Shown here in pieces: positions 48,036-55,938 of a stretch of DNA of 64,000 nt; position 1 is the first letter of the stretch, and each line of letters starts with the position of its first letter. Both the position numbers and the translations under genes were made by a program. Source of the stretch: Candidatus Margulisiibacteriota bacterium (GTDB taxonomy: Bacteria; Margulisbacteria; WOR-1; O2-12-FULL-45-9). The notes beneath the pieces were generated by a model. The model saw only the letters and a program-made list of their open reading frames with translations, was not told the DNA's origin and made no database searches. The stretch lies in contig JAYEOW010000029.1 in the NCBI GenBank assembly GCA_034723395.1, positions 1-64,000 on the forward strand, read 5' to 3'.

Positions 48036-49197
48036 TGTACTTTATCCCCGCCTTTTTCATGCGGGAGAGAGCCTCTTTGAGCCTTTCTTCCGTATCAACC
48101 AGAGAGATTCGCACATATCCTTCCCCCAGCTCACCAAACCCTATCCCTGGAGATACTACCACCCCGGTTTCATGGATCAAGTGGTTTGTAAAAGAGCTGG
48201 CATTAAAACCCGACGGGACCGGGATCCAAAGGTACATAGCGGCCATCGGCTTTTTAATGTTCCAGCCGAGGCTGTTTAATCCATCAACCATGATATCTCT
48301 TCTTTTCTGGTAAGTGGCCCGCATATTGTCTAAATAACTTTTTTTAACCTTTAACGCGGAGATCGAAGCTTTTACTACTGCGCAAAAGGGACCATAATCT
48401 AGATTAGTTTTCATTGAACGGAGAGATTCGATCAGTTTCGCGTTGCCGATAGCAAATCCCATCCTCCAGCCGGCCATCCCGAATGTTTTAGACAGGGTAT
48501 GAAATTCGATGCAAACATCTTTTGCGTCCGGGATCGAAAGGCAGGAGATCGGTTTTTTCCCTTCAAAATAGAGTTCGGCATAAGCAAAATCGTGTACTAA
48601 GATAAGGTCGTACTTTTTAGCAAAGGCGACCGCTTTTTCAAAAAATGACCTGGGGGCAACCGCCGCGGTCGGATTAGTCGGATAAGAGAGAAAAAGGATC
48701 TTTGCCCGCTTGGCAATGGAAGCATCAATGATGTCCAGGTCAGGGATGAACCCATTATTTTCAACGGTTGGCAGGATAAATGGTTCTGCTCCAGCAAGGA
48801 TTGGCCCTCTGAAGTGAGCGGGATAGGCGGGGGAGGGGGTTAAAACCGTATCTCCCGGGTTTAAAAAGGCAAAACAAAAATGGACGATCCCCTCTTTGCT
48901 TCCTAAAAGTTCGATCACTTCATTCTTCTTAATGTCAATGTTGTACTGTTTTTTACACCAGGCAATAACCGCAGACTTGAATTCTGGATCGCCTTCAAAA
49001 GATGAGTAGCGATGGCTCTGCGGATCTTTTACCGCTTTTACTAAAGCTTCGACCACTTCTTTGGGAGGGGGAACGTTAGGGGAGCCGATGCTAAGATCTA
49101 TCAGGTCTTTCCCGTTGGCCCGCTCCTTGGCTTTTTGTTTATCCAGCTGGGCAAATAGATAAATCGGTAATTTTTGTAATCTGTCTGATTCTTTCAT
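48028..49197 (-). CDS. Class I/II PLP aminotransferase (LL-diaminopimelate aminotransferase-like)
   Basis: GSKEG, YPTNPT, DFAY, EFHTLSKTFGMAGWRMG. Confidence 0.85.
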   Translation of the reverse strand: MKESDRLQKLPIYLFAQLDKQKAKERANGKDLIDLSIGSPNVPPPKEVVEALVKAVKDPQSHRYSSFEGDPEFKSAVIAWCKKQYNIDIKKNEVIELLGSKEGIVHFCFAFLNPGDTVLTPSPAYPAHFRGPILAGAEPFILPTVENNGFIPDLDIIDASIAKRAKILFLSYPTNPTAAVAPRSFFEKAVAFAKKYDLILVHDFAYAELYFEGKKPISCLSIPDAKDVCIEFHTLSKTFGMAGWRMGFAIGNAKLIESLRSMKTNLDYGPFCAVVKASISALKVKKSYLDNMRATYQKRRDIMVDGLNSLGWNIKKPMAAMYLWIPVPSGFNASSFTNHLIHETGVVVSPGIGFGELGEGYVRISLVDTEERLKEALSRMKKAGIKYNV

Positions 49198-50054
49198 TTT
49201 ATTAGATCCTTAGCGTGATAAGAGCTTCTTACAAACGGACCAGCAAAAACCTTTAATCCAAATTTTTCTCCAGCCGCTTTGTACTCTTCAAATTCACTGG
49301 GTTCTACGTATCTTACTACCTTTTGGTGTGATTTTGAAGGGGGAAGATACTGCCCGATGGTTACGATATCGCAGGCAATGTTTTTCAGGTCGTTTAAAAC
49401 TGAAAAAACCTCTTCTTTTTTCTCTCCCAATCCTACCATAATCCCGCTCTTAGTGTAAATCTTTTCCTTCAGACGTTTTGTCATTTTCAAGACAGATAAG
49501 GAGCGTTTATAGCCGGCTTCCGGCCGTATTTGGGAATAGAGCCTGGGAACCGTTTCCAGATTATGGTTCAAGACAAAAGGATTGGAGTTAAGAGCGGTCG
49601 CTAACGATGTTTCATTCCCTTTAAAGTCGGGGATTAATACCTCTACTTTGATATTTGTTGTGTGAGCCGTGATATGTGAGTTGTGATATGTGAGTTGCCT
49701 GACAACTTTTGCAAATTGGGCTGCGCCGCCATCTGGAAGATCGTCTCTTGTTACCGAAGTAATAACGACATATTGTAAACCTAATTTTGTTGCGGTCCGA
49801 GCGATTCTTTCCGGTTCTTTCGGATCAAGGGGGATGGGTGTTCCTTTTCTTACTCCGCAGAAACGGCAGCTGCGGGTACAACGGTCACCCAGGATCATAA
49901 AGGTCAAAGTGTTATTTTTAAAACATTCGCCGATATTCGGGCATTTAGCCAATTCGCAGACGGTATGGATGTTATCGTCGTTAATGATTGCGCGGATTCG
50001 GCGGATATGCTTTTGCTTCGGCGTTTTTTTTATAAGGAAGTCAGGCAAGCTCAC
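49194..50054 (-). CDS. lipA: Lipoyl synthase
   Basis: CELAKCPNIGEC, CTRSCRFC, NHNLETV, RSSY; start GTG 50054 or TTG 50048, overlapping the pilT end. Confidence 0.94.
   Translation of the reverse strand: MSLPDFLIKKTPKQKHIRRIRAIINDDNIHTVCELAKCPNIGECFKNNTLTFMILGDRCTRSCRFCGVRKGTPIPLDPKEPERIARTATKLGLQYVVITSVTRDDLPDGGAAQFAKVVRQLTYHNSHITAHTTNIKVEVLIPDFKGNETSLATALNSNPFVLNHNLETVPRLYSQIRPEAGYKRSLSVLKMTKRLKEKIYTKSGIMVGLGEKKEEVFSVLNDLKNIACDIVTIGQYLPPSKSHQKVVRYVEPSEFEEYKAAGEKFGLKVFAGPFVRSSYHAKDLIK
49661..49697. repeat. 7-nt-period repeat inside lipA
   Basis: TGTGAGC CGTGATA TGTGAGT TGTGATA TGTGAGT (encodes QLTYHNSHITAH). Confidence 0.75.
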
Positions 50055-51099
50055 GGAGCATCTTTTCCAGTCTTTCGTAATTGGCCGCGTAGACCATGGC
50101 GGTGTCTTTGGTAACCCGTTTCTTTTTAACCAGATCGCGCAGCGAAACATCCATGCTGATCATTCCGTATTGGGTGCCGAGATCGACCATCGAATAGATA
50201 TCTTGGGTAGAACCCTTTCGAATAATATTTCTAATTGCCGTGGTGGCGATCATTATCTCTAGGGCCATTGCCAGGCCGCTGTTATCAGCTTTAGGGATAA
50301 GTTGCTGCGAGATAATTCCCTCTAAGCAGAGAGAGAGCATGCTGCGGATTTGTAATTGCTGGTAGGGTGGGAATACGTCGATCATCCGGTCGACCGATTG
50401 TACTGCGTCCTGGGTATGCAGGGTAGAAATTACCAGATGTCCGGTCTCGGCGGCAGTCACCGCCATTTGGATAGATTCGAGGTCCCTCATTTCTCCGACC
50501 AAAATTACATCGGGGATCTGGCGCAGGACACGTTTTAGCGCTTCGCCAAAAGATTTTGTGTCGATCCCTACTTCTCTCTGCTCGACCACCGAAAGTTTAG
50601 GGGTATGCATATATTCGATCGGATCTTCGATCGTGATAATATGGCAAGAACGGGTTGCATTAATATGGTCGATCATCGCCGCCTGGGTAGTAGATTTTCC
50701 GCAGCCGGTGGGGCCGGTTACCAGGACCAATCCTCTTTCGAGTTGAGTGAGATCTTTTATCTTTTGCGGTAAATTCAGCTCGTTGAAAGATGGGGGGGGG
50801 TTAGGTACCCGGCGGATAGTTGCCGCGATCGTCCCTTTTTGATAATGAAGGTTCACCCGGTAACGGCTGTGCATGTCCTCATAGGAGGTGTCTAATTCTT
50901 TTTCTTTCTTAAAAACAACTAAATCCTCTTTGCTAATGATTTCTTTGATCAATTCTGAGATCTCTTCCTCGGTTAGAGGCTCTTCCCTCTGTTTTTGTAA
51001 AAAAGTATTGATCCTAAGCGCTGGGGGGTTGCCGACTGCAAGAAGAAGATCGGAGGCTCTAGATTTATTCAGATCGGAGAGTAGGGTTTTTAAATACAT
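50041..51099 (-). CDS. pilT: Type IV pilus retraction ATPase PilT/PilU
   Basis: GPTGCGKST, TIEDPIE, LVGEMRD, AETGHLV.STLHT, AIRNIIR. Confidence 0.9.
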   Translation of the reverse strand: MYLKTLLSDLNKSRASDLLLAVGNPPALRINTFLQKQREEPLTEEEISELIKEIISKEDLVVFKKEKELDTSYEDMHSRYRVNLHYQKGTIAATIRRVPNPPPSFNELNLPQKIKDLTQLERGLVLVTGPTGCGKSTTQAAMIDHINATRSCHIITIEDPIEYMHTPKLSVVEQREVGIDTKSFGEALKRVLRQIPDVILVGEMRDLESIQMAVTAAETGHLVISTLHTQDAVQSVDRMIDVFPPYQQLQIRSMLSLCLEGIISQQLIPKADNSGLAMALEIMIATTAIRNIIRKGSTQDIYSMVDLGTQYGMISMDVSLRDLVKKKRVTKDTAMVYAANYERLEKMLRELA

Positions 51100-51114
51100 G
51101 CTAACGACCTCATT

Positions 51115-51162
51115 TTGACTTTAACTGTTGATTACTATATAATCTCCTCATCCCTATGTCAA
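51115..51162. promoter_or_regulatory. Overlapping divergent sigma70 promoters for pilT and pilD
   Basis: Plus: TTGACT(51115)-17-TATAAT(51138). Minus: TTGACA(51162)-17-TATAGT(51139). Confidence 0.7.
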
Positions 51163-51166
51163 GGTT

Positions 51167-51919
51167 ATGCTTTATTTCATAATTGGAACAGTTGTCGGAA
51201 GTTTTTTAAATGTGTGTATCCATCGGCTGCCCCGAGAAGAATCGATAGTTTTCCCACCTTCTCATTGCCCCCGATGCAAACATAAGCTCTCTTTTTTTGA
51301 TCTGGTCCCGATCGTTAGTTATTTTATTTTACGCGGAAAGTGCCGATATTGCGGTGAAAAGATATCTTTTCGATACCCTCTAGTTGAATTAGTTACCGGC
51401 CTGTTATTTGCCCTGATTGGCTATCTTTTTCCGATAATGATCCAGCCGGTCGATTTCTTTTTTTCTGTAGTTTTTATTATGCTGCTCATGGTGGTATTTT
51501 TTGTTGACCATGAGCAGTTGGTCATTCCGGACAGTATCAATATTATAGGGGTGATACTCGGGCTTTTATATAACTTTCTGAAAGGGAATATCTTATCTGC
51601 TTTATCAGGGATGCTGCTCGCCTATTCAGCCATGTTTCTGATCGCAAAGATCGGAAAACTTTCCCTCAAAAGAGATGCTATGGGGGAGGGGGACTTGTAT
51701 TTATCCGCTTTTTTGGGGGCGGTGTTGGGATGGAAGGTAGTTTTGCTTTCGCTTTTCATCGCTTATCTTATCGCGGGAGCGACCGCAGTCTTGTTGCTGT
51801 TGATGAATAAGGTCGAGTTTGGCCAGGAGGTCCCTTTTGGAGGGGCGTTAGCGGCTAGCGGGATCATATCATTTTTTTACGGCCAGCAGATCCTGGCCTG
51901 GTATTTTGGGATAATGTAG
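51167..51919 (+). CDS. pilD: Prepilin peptidase
   Basis: GSFLNVCIHRLP, CPRC, CRYC, RYPLVE, MGEGD, PFG. Confidence 0.93.
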   Translation: MLYFIIGTVVGSFLNVCIHRLPREESIVFPPSHCPRCKHKLSFFDLVPIVSYFILRGKCRYCGEKISFRYPLVELVTGLLFALIGYLFPIMIQPVDFFFSVVFIMLLMVVFFVDHEQLVIPDSINIIGVILGLLYNFLKGNILSALSGMLLAYSAMFLIAKIGKLSLKRDAMGEGDLYLSAFLGAVLGWKVVLLSLFIAYLIAGATAVLLLLMNKVEFGQEVPFGGALAASGIISFFYGQQILAWYFGIM

Positions 51920-51922
51920 CAG

Positions 51923-52192
51923 ATGAAAAGATTTGGCTTTATATTATTTATTCTAATCATCATCTACTTTATTTTTCTCATCCGTCAGGATATAATTGGT
52001 AACCTGGAGCTAAAGCAGCAGGCCAAGAATATTGCGGTAGAACTTAAACGAGAGAAGATCCGGGCTAAAAATCTGCAAGACAAATTAAAAGCTCTCAACC
52101 GCAATAGTTATATCGAAAGCCTCGCGCGTACACGTTTAGGAATGATCAAAAAGGGGGAGACCCCTTATAAGGTGATAGAAAAAAATGACTAA
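51923..52192 (+). CDS. Septum formation initiator FtsB/DivIC family
   Basis: N-terminal TM, coiled coil, YIESLARTRLGMIKKGE. Confidence 0.85.
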   Translation: MKRFGFILFILIIIYFIFLIRQDIIGNLELKQQAKNIAVELKREKIRAKNLQDKLKALNRNSYIESLARTRLGMIKKGETPYKVIEKND

Positions 52193-52280
52193 TGCCGAAT
52201 GACTTAATGACTAATGGATGTAAAATTATTATAATAATAAGCTCATTCATTCGTCATTAATTAATTAGTCATTAGTAATT
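52184..52280. repeat. Inverted pair of AATGACT heptamer arrays
   Basis: 52184-52219: AATGACT AATGCCG AATGACT T AATGACT AATGGAT. 52244-52280 on minus: AATTACT AATGACT AATTAATT AATGACG AATGAATG. Confidence 0.75.
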
Positions 52281-52303
52281 ATCCAGTAGGGGGTGAAGTA
52301 GAA

Positions 52304-52708
52304 TTGCCCATTGATATTGGGTCCGAGATTGAAGGTAAAGTGACCGGGATAGCGAATTTTGGCGCGTTTATAGAATTGCCGGAGAGGAATGCCGGACTGG
52401 TCCATATTTCGCAAGTTGCCGATAATTATGTGACTGATATTAGCAAACATATAAATGTTGGAGATATGGTAAAAGTTAAGGTCTTGGGAATTAACAAGAC
52501 TGGTAAATATGATCTTTCGATCAAGCAGGTCGGTAAACCTGCCTGGCAGCAGAAAAGACGAAGGATCGAAGCGCCCAAGGGGAAGCCGGTTCCGGGTACA
52601 TTTGAGGATAAGATTACCGCTTTTCTTAAGCAAAGCGATGAAAAACTGCAGGATTGGAAAAAGAATTTAGAGCAGAAGCAGGGTGGACGAAAGAAGAAAT
52701 TCACCTAG
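52304..52708 (+). CDS. S1-domain RNA-binding protein (YabR/YugI-like)
   Basis: GKVTGIANFGAFIEL, GLVHISQV, LSIK, FEDK...FLKQS; TTG start with GGGGGTG SD. Confidence 0.88.
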   Translation: MPIDIGSEIEGKVTGIANFGAFIELPERNAGLVHISQVADNYVTDISKHINVGDMVKVKVLGINKTGKYDLSIKQVGKPAWQQKRRRIEAPKGKPVPGTFEDKITAFLKQSDEKLQDWKKNLEQKQGGRKKKFT

Positions 52709-52716
52709 GTCTATAT

Positions 52717-52802
52717 GCCGGGGTGGCGGAATTGGCAGACGCTGCGGACTTAAAATCCGTTTGGACTTAACTCCAGTGCCGGTTCAAATCCGGCCCTCGG
52801 CA
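52717..52802 (+). tRNA. tRNA-Leu(UAA), CCA not encoded, no intron
   Basis: GCCGGGG/CCTCGGC acceptor stem, GCGGA-CT-TAA-AA-TCCGT anticodon arm, long variable arm, GGTTCAAATCC T-loop. Confidence 0.95.
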
Positions 52803-52812
52803 TTTTCCTTTG

Positions 52813-52840
52813 TCTCTCGCTTCGCTCGAGGCTTCGGAGA
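52813..52840. repeat. Small palindrome between the convergent tRNA-Leu and bEBP gene (REP-like or terminator)
   Basis: TCTCTCGCTTCGCTCGAGGCTTCGGAGA: CTCG/CGAG and TCTC/GAGA stems with TTCG motifs. Confidence 0.45.
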
Positions 52841-52848
52841 ATAAAGAG

Positions 52849-54096
52849 CTAAAGCTTAACTTCGAGCACAGTTGGAGTAATCCCCAGAAAAGAAGCGGTC
52901 TTTGCTTTGTCTTTCCCTTTTTCCTCATAGACTTTTTGGATATATTCTTTTTCAAACTTCAAAATAAATTCGCTCCCTGTCCCTTGGGTTGTCCTTAATA
53001 GAACGTCGAGCGGGAGATCTTCTATTTCAACAATCCTTTTGTTCAAGGAAAGGACATAGCGTTCCACCAAGCAGCCAAGTTCTTGTGTGTTTCCCGGCCA
53101 TTGGTATGAAGCTAGCGCTTTAATCGTATCTGGAGAAAATGAGATCTCTTTATCATATTTGTCATTACATTTATTACAGAAATATTTTATTAAAAGCGGG
53201 ATATCTCTATTCCTTTCTCTTAGCGGCGGGATATTAATAACTCTTTCAGAGAAGAGGTCAAAGAGGGGCCGGTTTTTTTCGGCAAGACCAGGCATGGCGC
53301 CTGCGATCAGGCGGGTCTCGATCTCGATCTTGGTCTGGCTCCCATCCCGCGAAAATTCTCCATCCACAATTGCTTGAGAGACGCTGCCCGGTAAGGCTTC
53401 GAGATTGTCAATAAAAAGGGTCCCCGACCTTAATTGTTCAAATAGTCCAGTCTTGCCGGTTAATTCGGCGGTGGTCGATCCTTTCCCCCGGCCAAGAAAA
53501 AGGGCGGTGAGCTCTTTTGAATGAATTAACGATGAGAGGTGGGTTGTCATGAATTGAGCTTTGGAACGGCCCGACATTTCATGGATAATTGAGGCGACGA
53601 TCTCTTTTTCGGTCCCTGGTTCCCCTAAGATCAGAACTTTTTTGTCATCCCTGATCTTGCTGACCGCTTTTTGGATATTATCTAGGCCGACGAGGTCGGC
53701 CCCCTTTTTTTTGATGACAACTTTTTCTTTTTGGATCGACTTTTTACTTAAGATTTGTTCGGTAAGCTTTAAAATATGGTCAACATCAAATGGTTTTACC
53801 ACATAATCACGCGCGCCGATCTTGATCGCTTTACTGGCGTTCTGTACGTCGTTAACCGCGGTTACCATAATCACTTCGAGGTCGGGATCGATCTCGCGGA
53901 CCCGAGTTAAGGTTTCGATCCCGTCCATGCCGGGCATGCGGATATCAAGATAGGCCATGTCCAGTTTTTGGTCAGAGACCGCTTTTAGGGCAGCTTCTCC
54001 GGAAGCGGCTAAAATAACCCTGTACTTTCCTTCGAGGATAAGGGAGAAGGATTCGCGAATTGACAATTCGTCGTCAACGACTAATATACTATGCAT
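52849..54096 (-). CDS. NtrC-family response regulator with a degenerate AAA+ domain
   Basis: Intact REC (VVDDE, LDIRMP, KP); Walker A GEPGTEKE, no GAFTGA, Walker B LFIDNL, WPGNTQEL; Fis-type HTH. Confidence 0.85.
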   Translation of the reverse strand: MHSILVVDDELSIRESFSLILEGKYRVILAASGEAALKAVSDQKLDMAYLDIRMPGMDGIETLTRVREIDPDLEVIMVTAVNDVQNASKAIKIGARDYVVKPFDVDHILKLTEQILSKKSIQKEKVVIKKKGADLVGLDNIQKAVSKIRDDKKVLILGEPGTEKEIVASIIHEMSGRSKAQFMTTHLSSLIHSKELTALFLGRGKGSTTAELTGKTGLFEQLRSGTLFIDNLEALPGSVSQAIVDGEFSRDGSQTKIEIETRLIAGAMPGLAEKNRPLFDLFSERVINIPPLRERNRDIPLLIKYFCNKCNDKYDKEISFSPDTIKALASYQWPGNTQELGCLVERYVLSLNKRIVEIEDLPLDVLLRTTQGTGSEFILKFEKEYIQKVYEEKGKDKAKTASFLGITPTVLEVKL

Positions 54097-54424
54097 GTGA
54101 AAAACGATCGATAATAATTAGTGCTTGTTTCCTTAGTTCGGCATCATCCAAGACGCCGCGGGTGATCGTGCTGATCATCTGTTTTGCTCCCTGTGCTGCG
54201 ACCAGGGATGCGCCAAATTCAGCGGCTACCGCCATCCTTACGATCTTCCCGACCGCTTGTTCAATGGTGTCTTCTTTGTGGAGCTCTTTCTCGAGCCCTT
54301 TTTCAAAAAGCTCTAACTTTTCAAGGTCTTTTTGCTCCAGCTCTTCACTGGCATTTTTTCCTAAAATTAAAGGGAGCAGCTTTCTGCTTGGGGTCCATTC
54401 ACCTTTTCTAATTTGTGTTTTCAT
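54089..54424 (-). CDS. Hypothetical helical protein (111 aa)
   Basis: GGAGGT SD before ATG 54424; overlaps the start of the downstream regulator. Confidence 0.8.
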   Translation of the reverse strand: MKTQIRKGEWTPSRKLLPLILGKNASEELEQKDLEKLELFEKGLEKELHKEDTIEQAVGKIVRMAVAAEFGASLVAAQGAKQMISTITRGVLDDAELRKQALIIIDRFSHA

Positions 54425-54466
54425 TTTAATTACCTCCAATCTATTTGTTAATGCTATCTTATAAGG

Positions 54467-54483
54467 AGCAATTATATTACCAA
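54467..54483 (-). promoter_or_regulatory. Putative sigma54 -24/-12 promoter
   Basis: Minus strand TTGGTAATAATATTGCT: GG-N10-GC with TTGC; next to rpoN and a bEBP. Confidence 0.65.
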
Positions 54484-54510
54484 GATTTTAGCCTGCTTTT
54501 GGCTACTTTA

Positions 54511-54560
54511 GCACAAAAAGTGGGGCAAATCAATCGGAAGACGCACTTGTTAGTGTGCGT
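54511..54560. promoter_or_regulatory. Putative tandem bEBP enhancer sites
   Basis: ACGCAC-N8-GTGCGT (54541-54560) and GCAC-N8-GGGC (54511-54526), 32 bp centre to centre. Confidence 0.55.
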
Positions 54561-55938
54561 TTTTACGTGCTTTTCTTTCGAGGTTGATCAAGGTATTACG
54601 GTGAACGCCGAGGAGTTTGGCTGCTTCCCCTTTTCTTCCTCCCGTTTTATTAAGGACTTTCTTAATAAAATCGGCCTCAAATTTCATGACCGCTTCTGAT
54701 AGGGTCGCTTCGCCAGAAGCTGTTTCACCGATCAATTCACCGGTTATTTCGGGCGGTATATGTTCGGTGCCGATCTGATCATCTTTGCTCAAAACAGCAA
54801 AGCGCTCGATCAAGTTCTCAAGCTCCCGGACATTTCCCGGCCAATCATAATCGATCAGCATCTGCATTGCCTCTTTCTTTATCATTTTAATCTTTTTTCC
54901 AAATTTATGGTTACATTTGTTAAGGAAATGGTTGGCTAGGAGAGGGATGTCTTCTTTCCTGTCGGTTAATGCCGGCAGATGGATAGGGATGACGTTTAAC
55001 CGGTAATAAAGGTCTTTTCTGAACTTATAATTTTTGATCGCCTTGTGGAGGTCAGAATTCGTAGCAGAGATGATCCGCACATCGACCGGGGTTGGATAAC
55101 CGGCGCCAATCCTTTCGATCTCTTTTTCCTGGATCGCGCGCAAAATTTTAGCCTGCATGGGAAGCGGCAGCGAGCCAATCTCGTCCAGAAAAAGGGTCCC
55201 GCCATTGGCGATCTCGAATTTTCCGATCTGCCTTTCGGTCGCGCCGGTAAAGGAACCGCGTTCGTGGCCGAAGAGTTCTGATTCTAGCAGGTTTTCAGGG
55301 ATTGCCGCACAATTAACAGCGACAAAAAGTTTTTCAACACGCGGGCTTCGGTTATGGATGGCATGGGCGACTAGCTCTTTGCCGGTCCCCGATTCGCCAG
55401 TGATCAATATAGTGGCATTGCTCTTAGCGACATCATCGATGACCTTGAAAACTTCACGGATCTCCTTACTTTTGCCGACGATCTTTTCGAATTGGTAATC
55501 CTGCTCGATCAGTTTTCGGAGGGTGATATTTTCTTGGAGCAGCGACTTTTTCTCCAGCGCTTTCTCAACCTGTTCCTGTAGCGCGTCGATATCGAACGGT
55601 TTAGTTACGTAATCGTAGGCGCCGAGGCGGATTGCCTGCACCGCTTTTTTAACCATTACCACTGCAGTGACCATAATAACTTCAATCGACTTATCGATCC
55701 CCTTAATGATCTTTAAAATCTCAATGCCGTCAATCTCGGGCATGCGGATATCTAAGAGAACTAGATCGATCGGGTGGTTCTTTACCGTTTCAACCGCGTC
55801 TTTGCCTGATTTGGCAATATGCACATTGTAGCTGTTTTTTAAAAGCATCTGCATCGAATCGCGCATGCTTTTTTCGTCATCGACGATTAAAAGATTTGCT
55901 CTCTTACCCTTTTTCTTGCTTTTTCTTTTCTTCTTCAT
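54550..55938 (-). CDS. Sigma54-dependent response regulator (NtrC/AtoC family)
   Basis: REC; GESGTGKE, ESELFGHERGSFTGA, LFLDEIG, DLYYRLNV, WPGNVREL; HTH. Confidence 0.95.
   Translation of the reverse strand: MKKKRKSKKKGKRANLLIVDDEKSMRDSMQMLLKNSYNVHIAKSGKDAVETVKNHPIDLVLLDIRMPEIDGIEILKIIKGIDKSIEVIMVTAVVMVKKAVQAIRLGAYDYVTKPFDIDALQEQVEKALEKKSLLQENITLRKLIEQDYQFEKIVGKSKEIREVFKVIDDVAKSNATILITGESGTGKELVAHAIHNRSPRVEKLFVAVNCAAIPENLLESELFGHERGSFTGATERQIGKFEIANGGTLFLDEIGSLPLPMQAKILRAIQEKEIERIGAGYPTPVDVRIISATNSDLHKAIKNYKFRKDLYYRLNVIPIHLPALTDRKEDIPLLANHFLNKCNHKFGKKIKMIKKEAMQMLIDYDWPGNVRELENLIERFAVLSKDDQIGTEHIPPEITGELIGETASGEATLSEAVMKFEADFIKKVLNKTGGRKGEAAKLLGVHRNTLINLERKARKNAH

Noticed and set aside
52717..52802. 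Group I intron in tRNA-Leu(UAA), as in many cyanobacteria
   Set aside because: The anticodon loop is uninterrupted and the gene is 86 nt.
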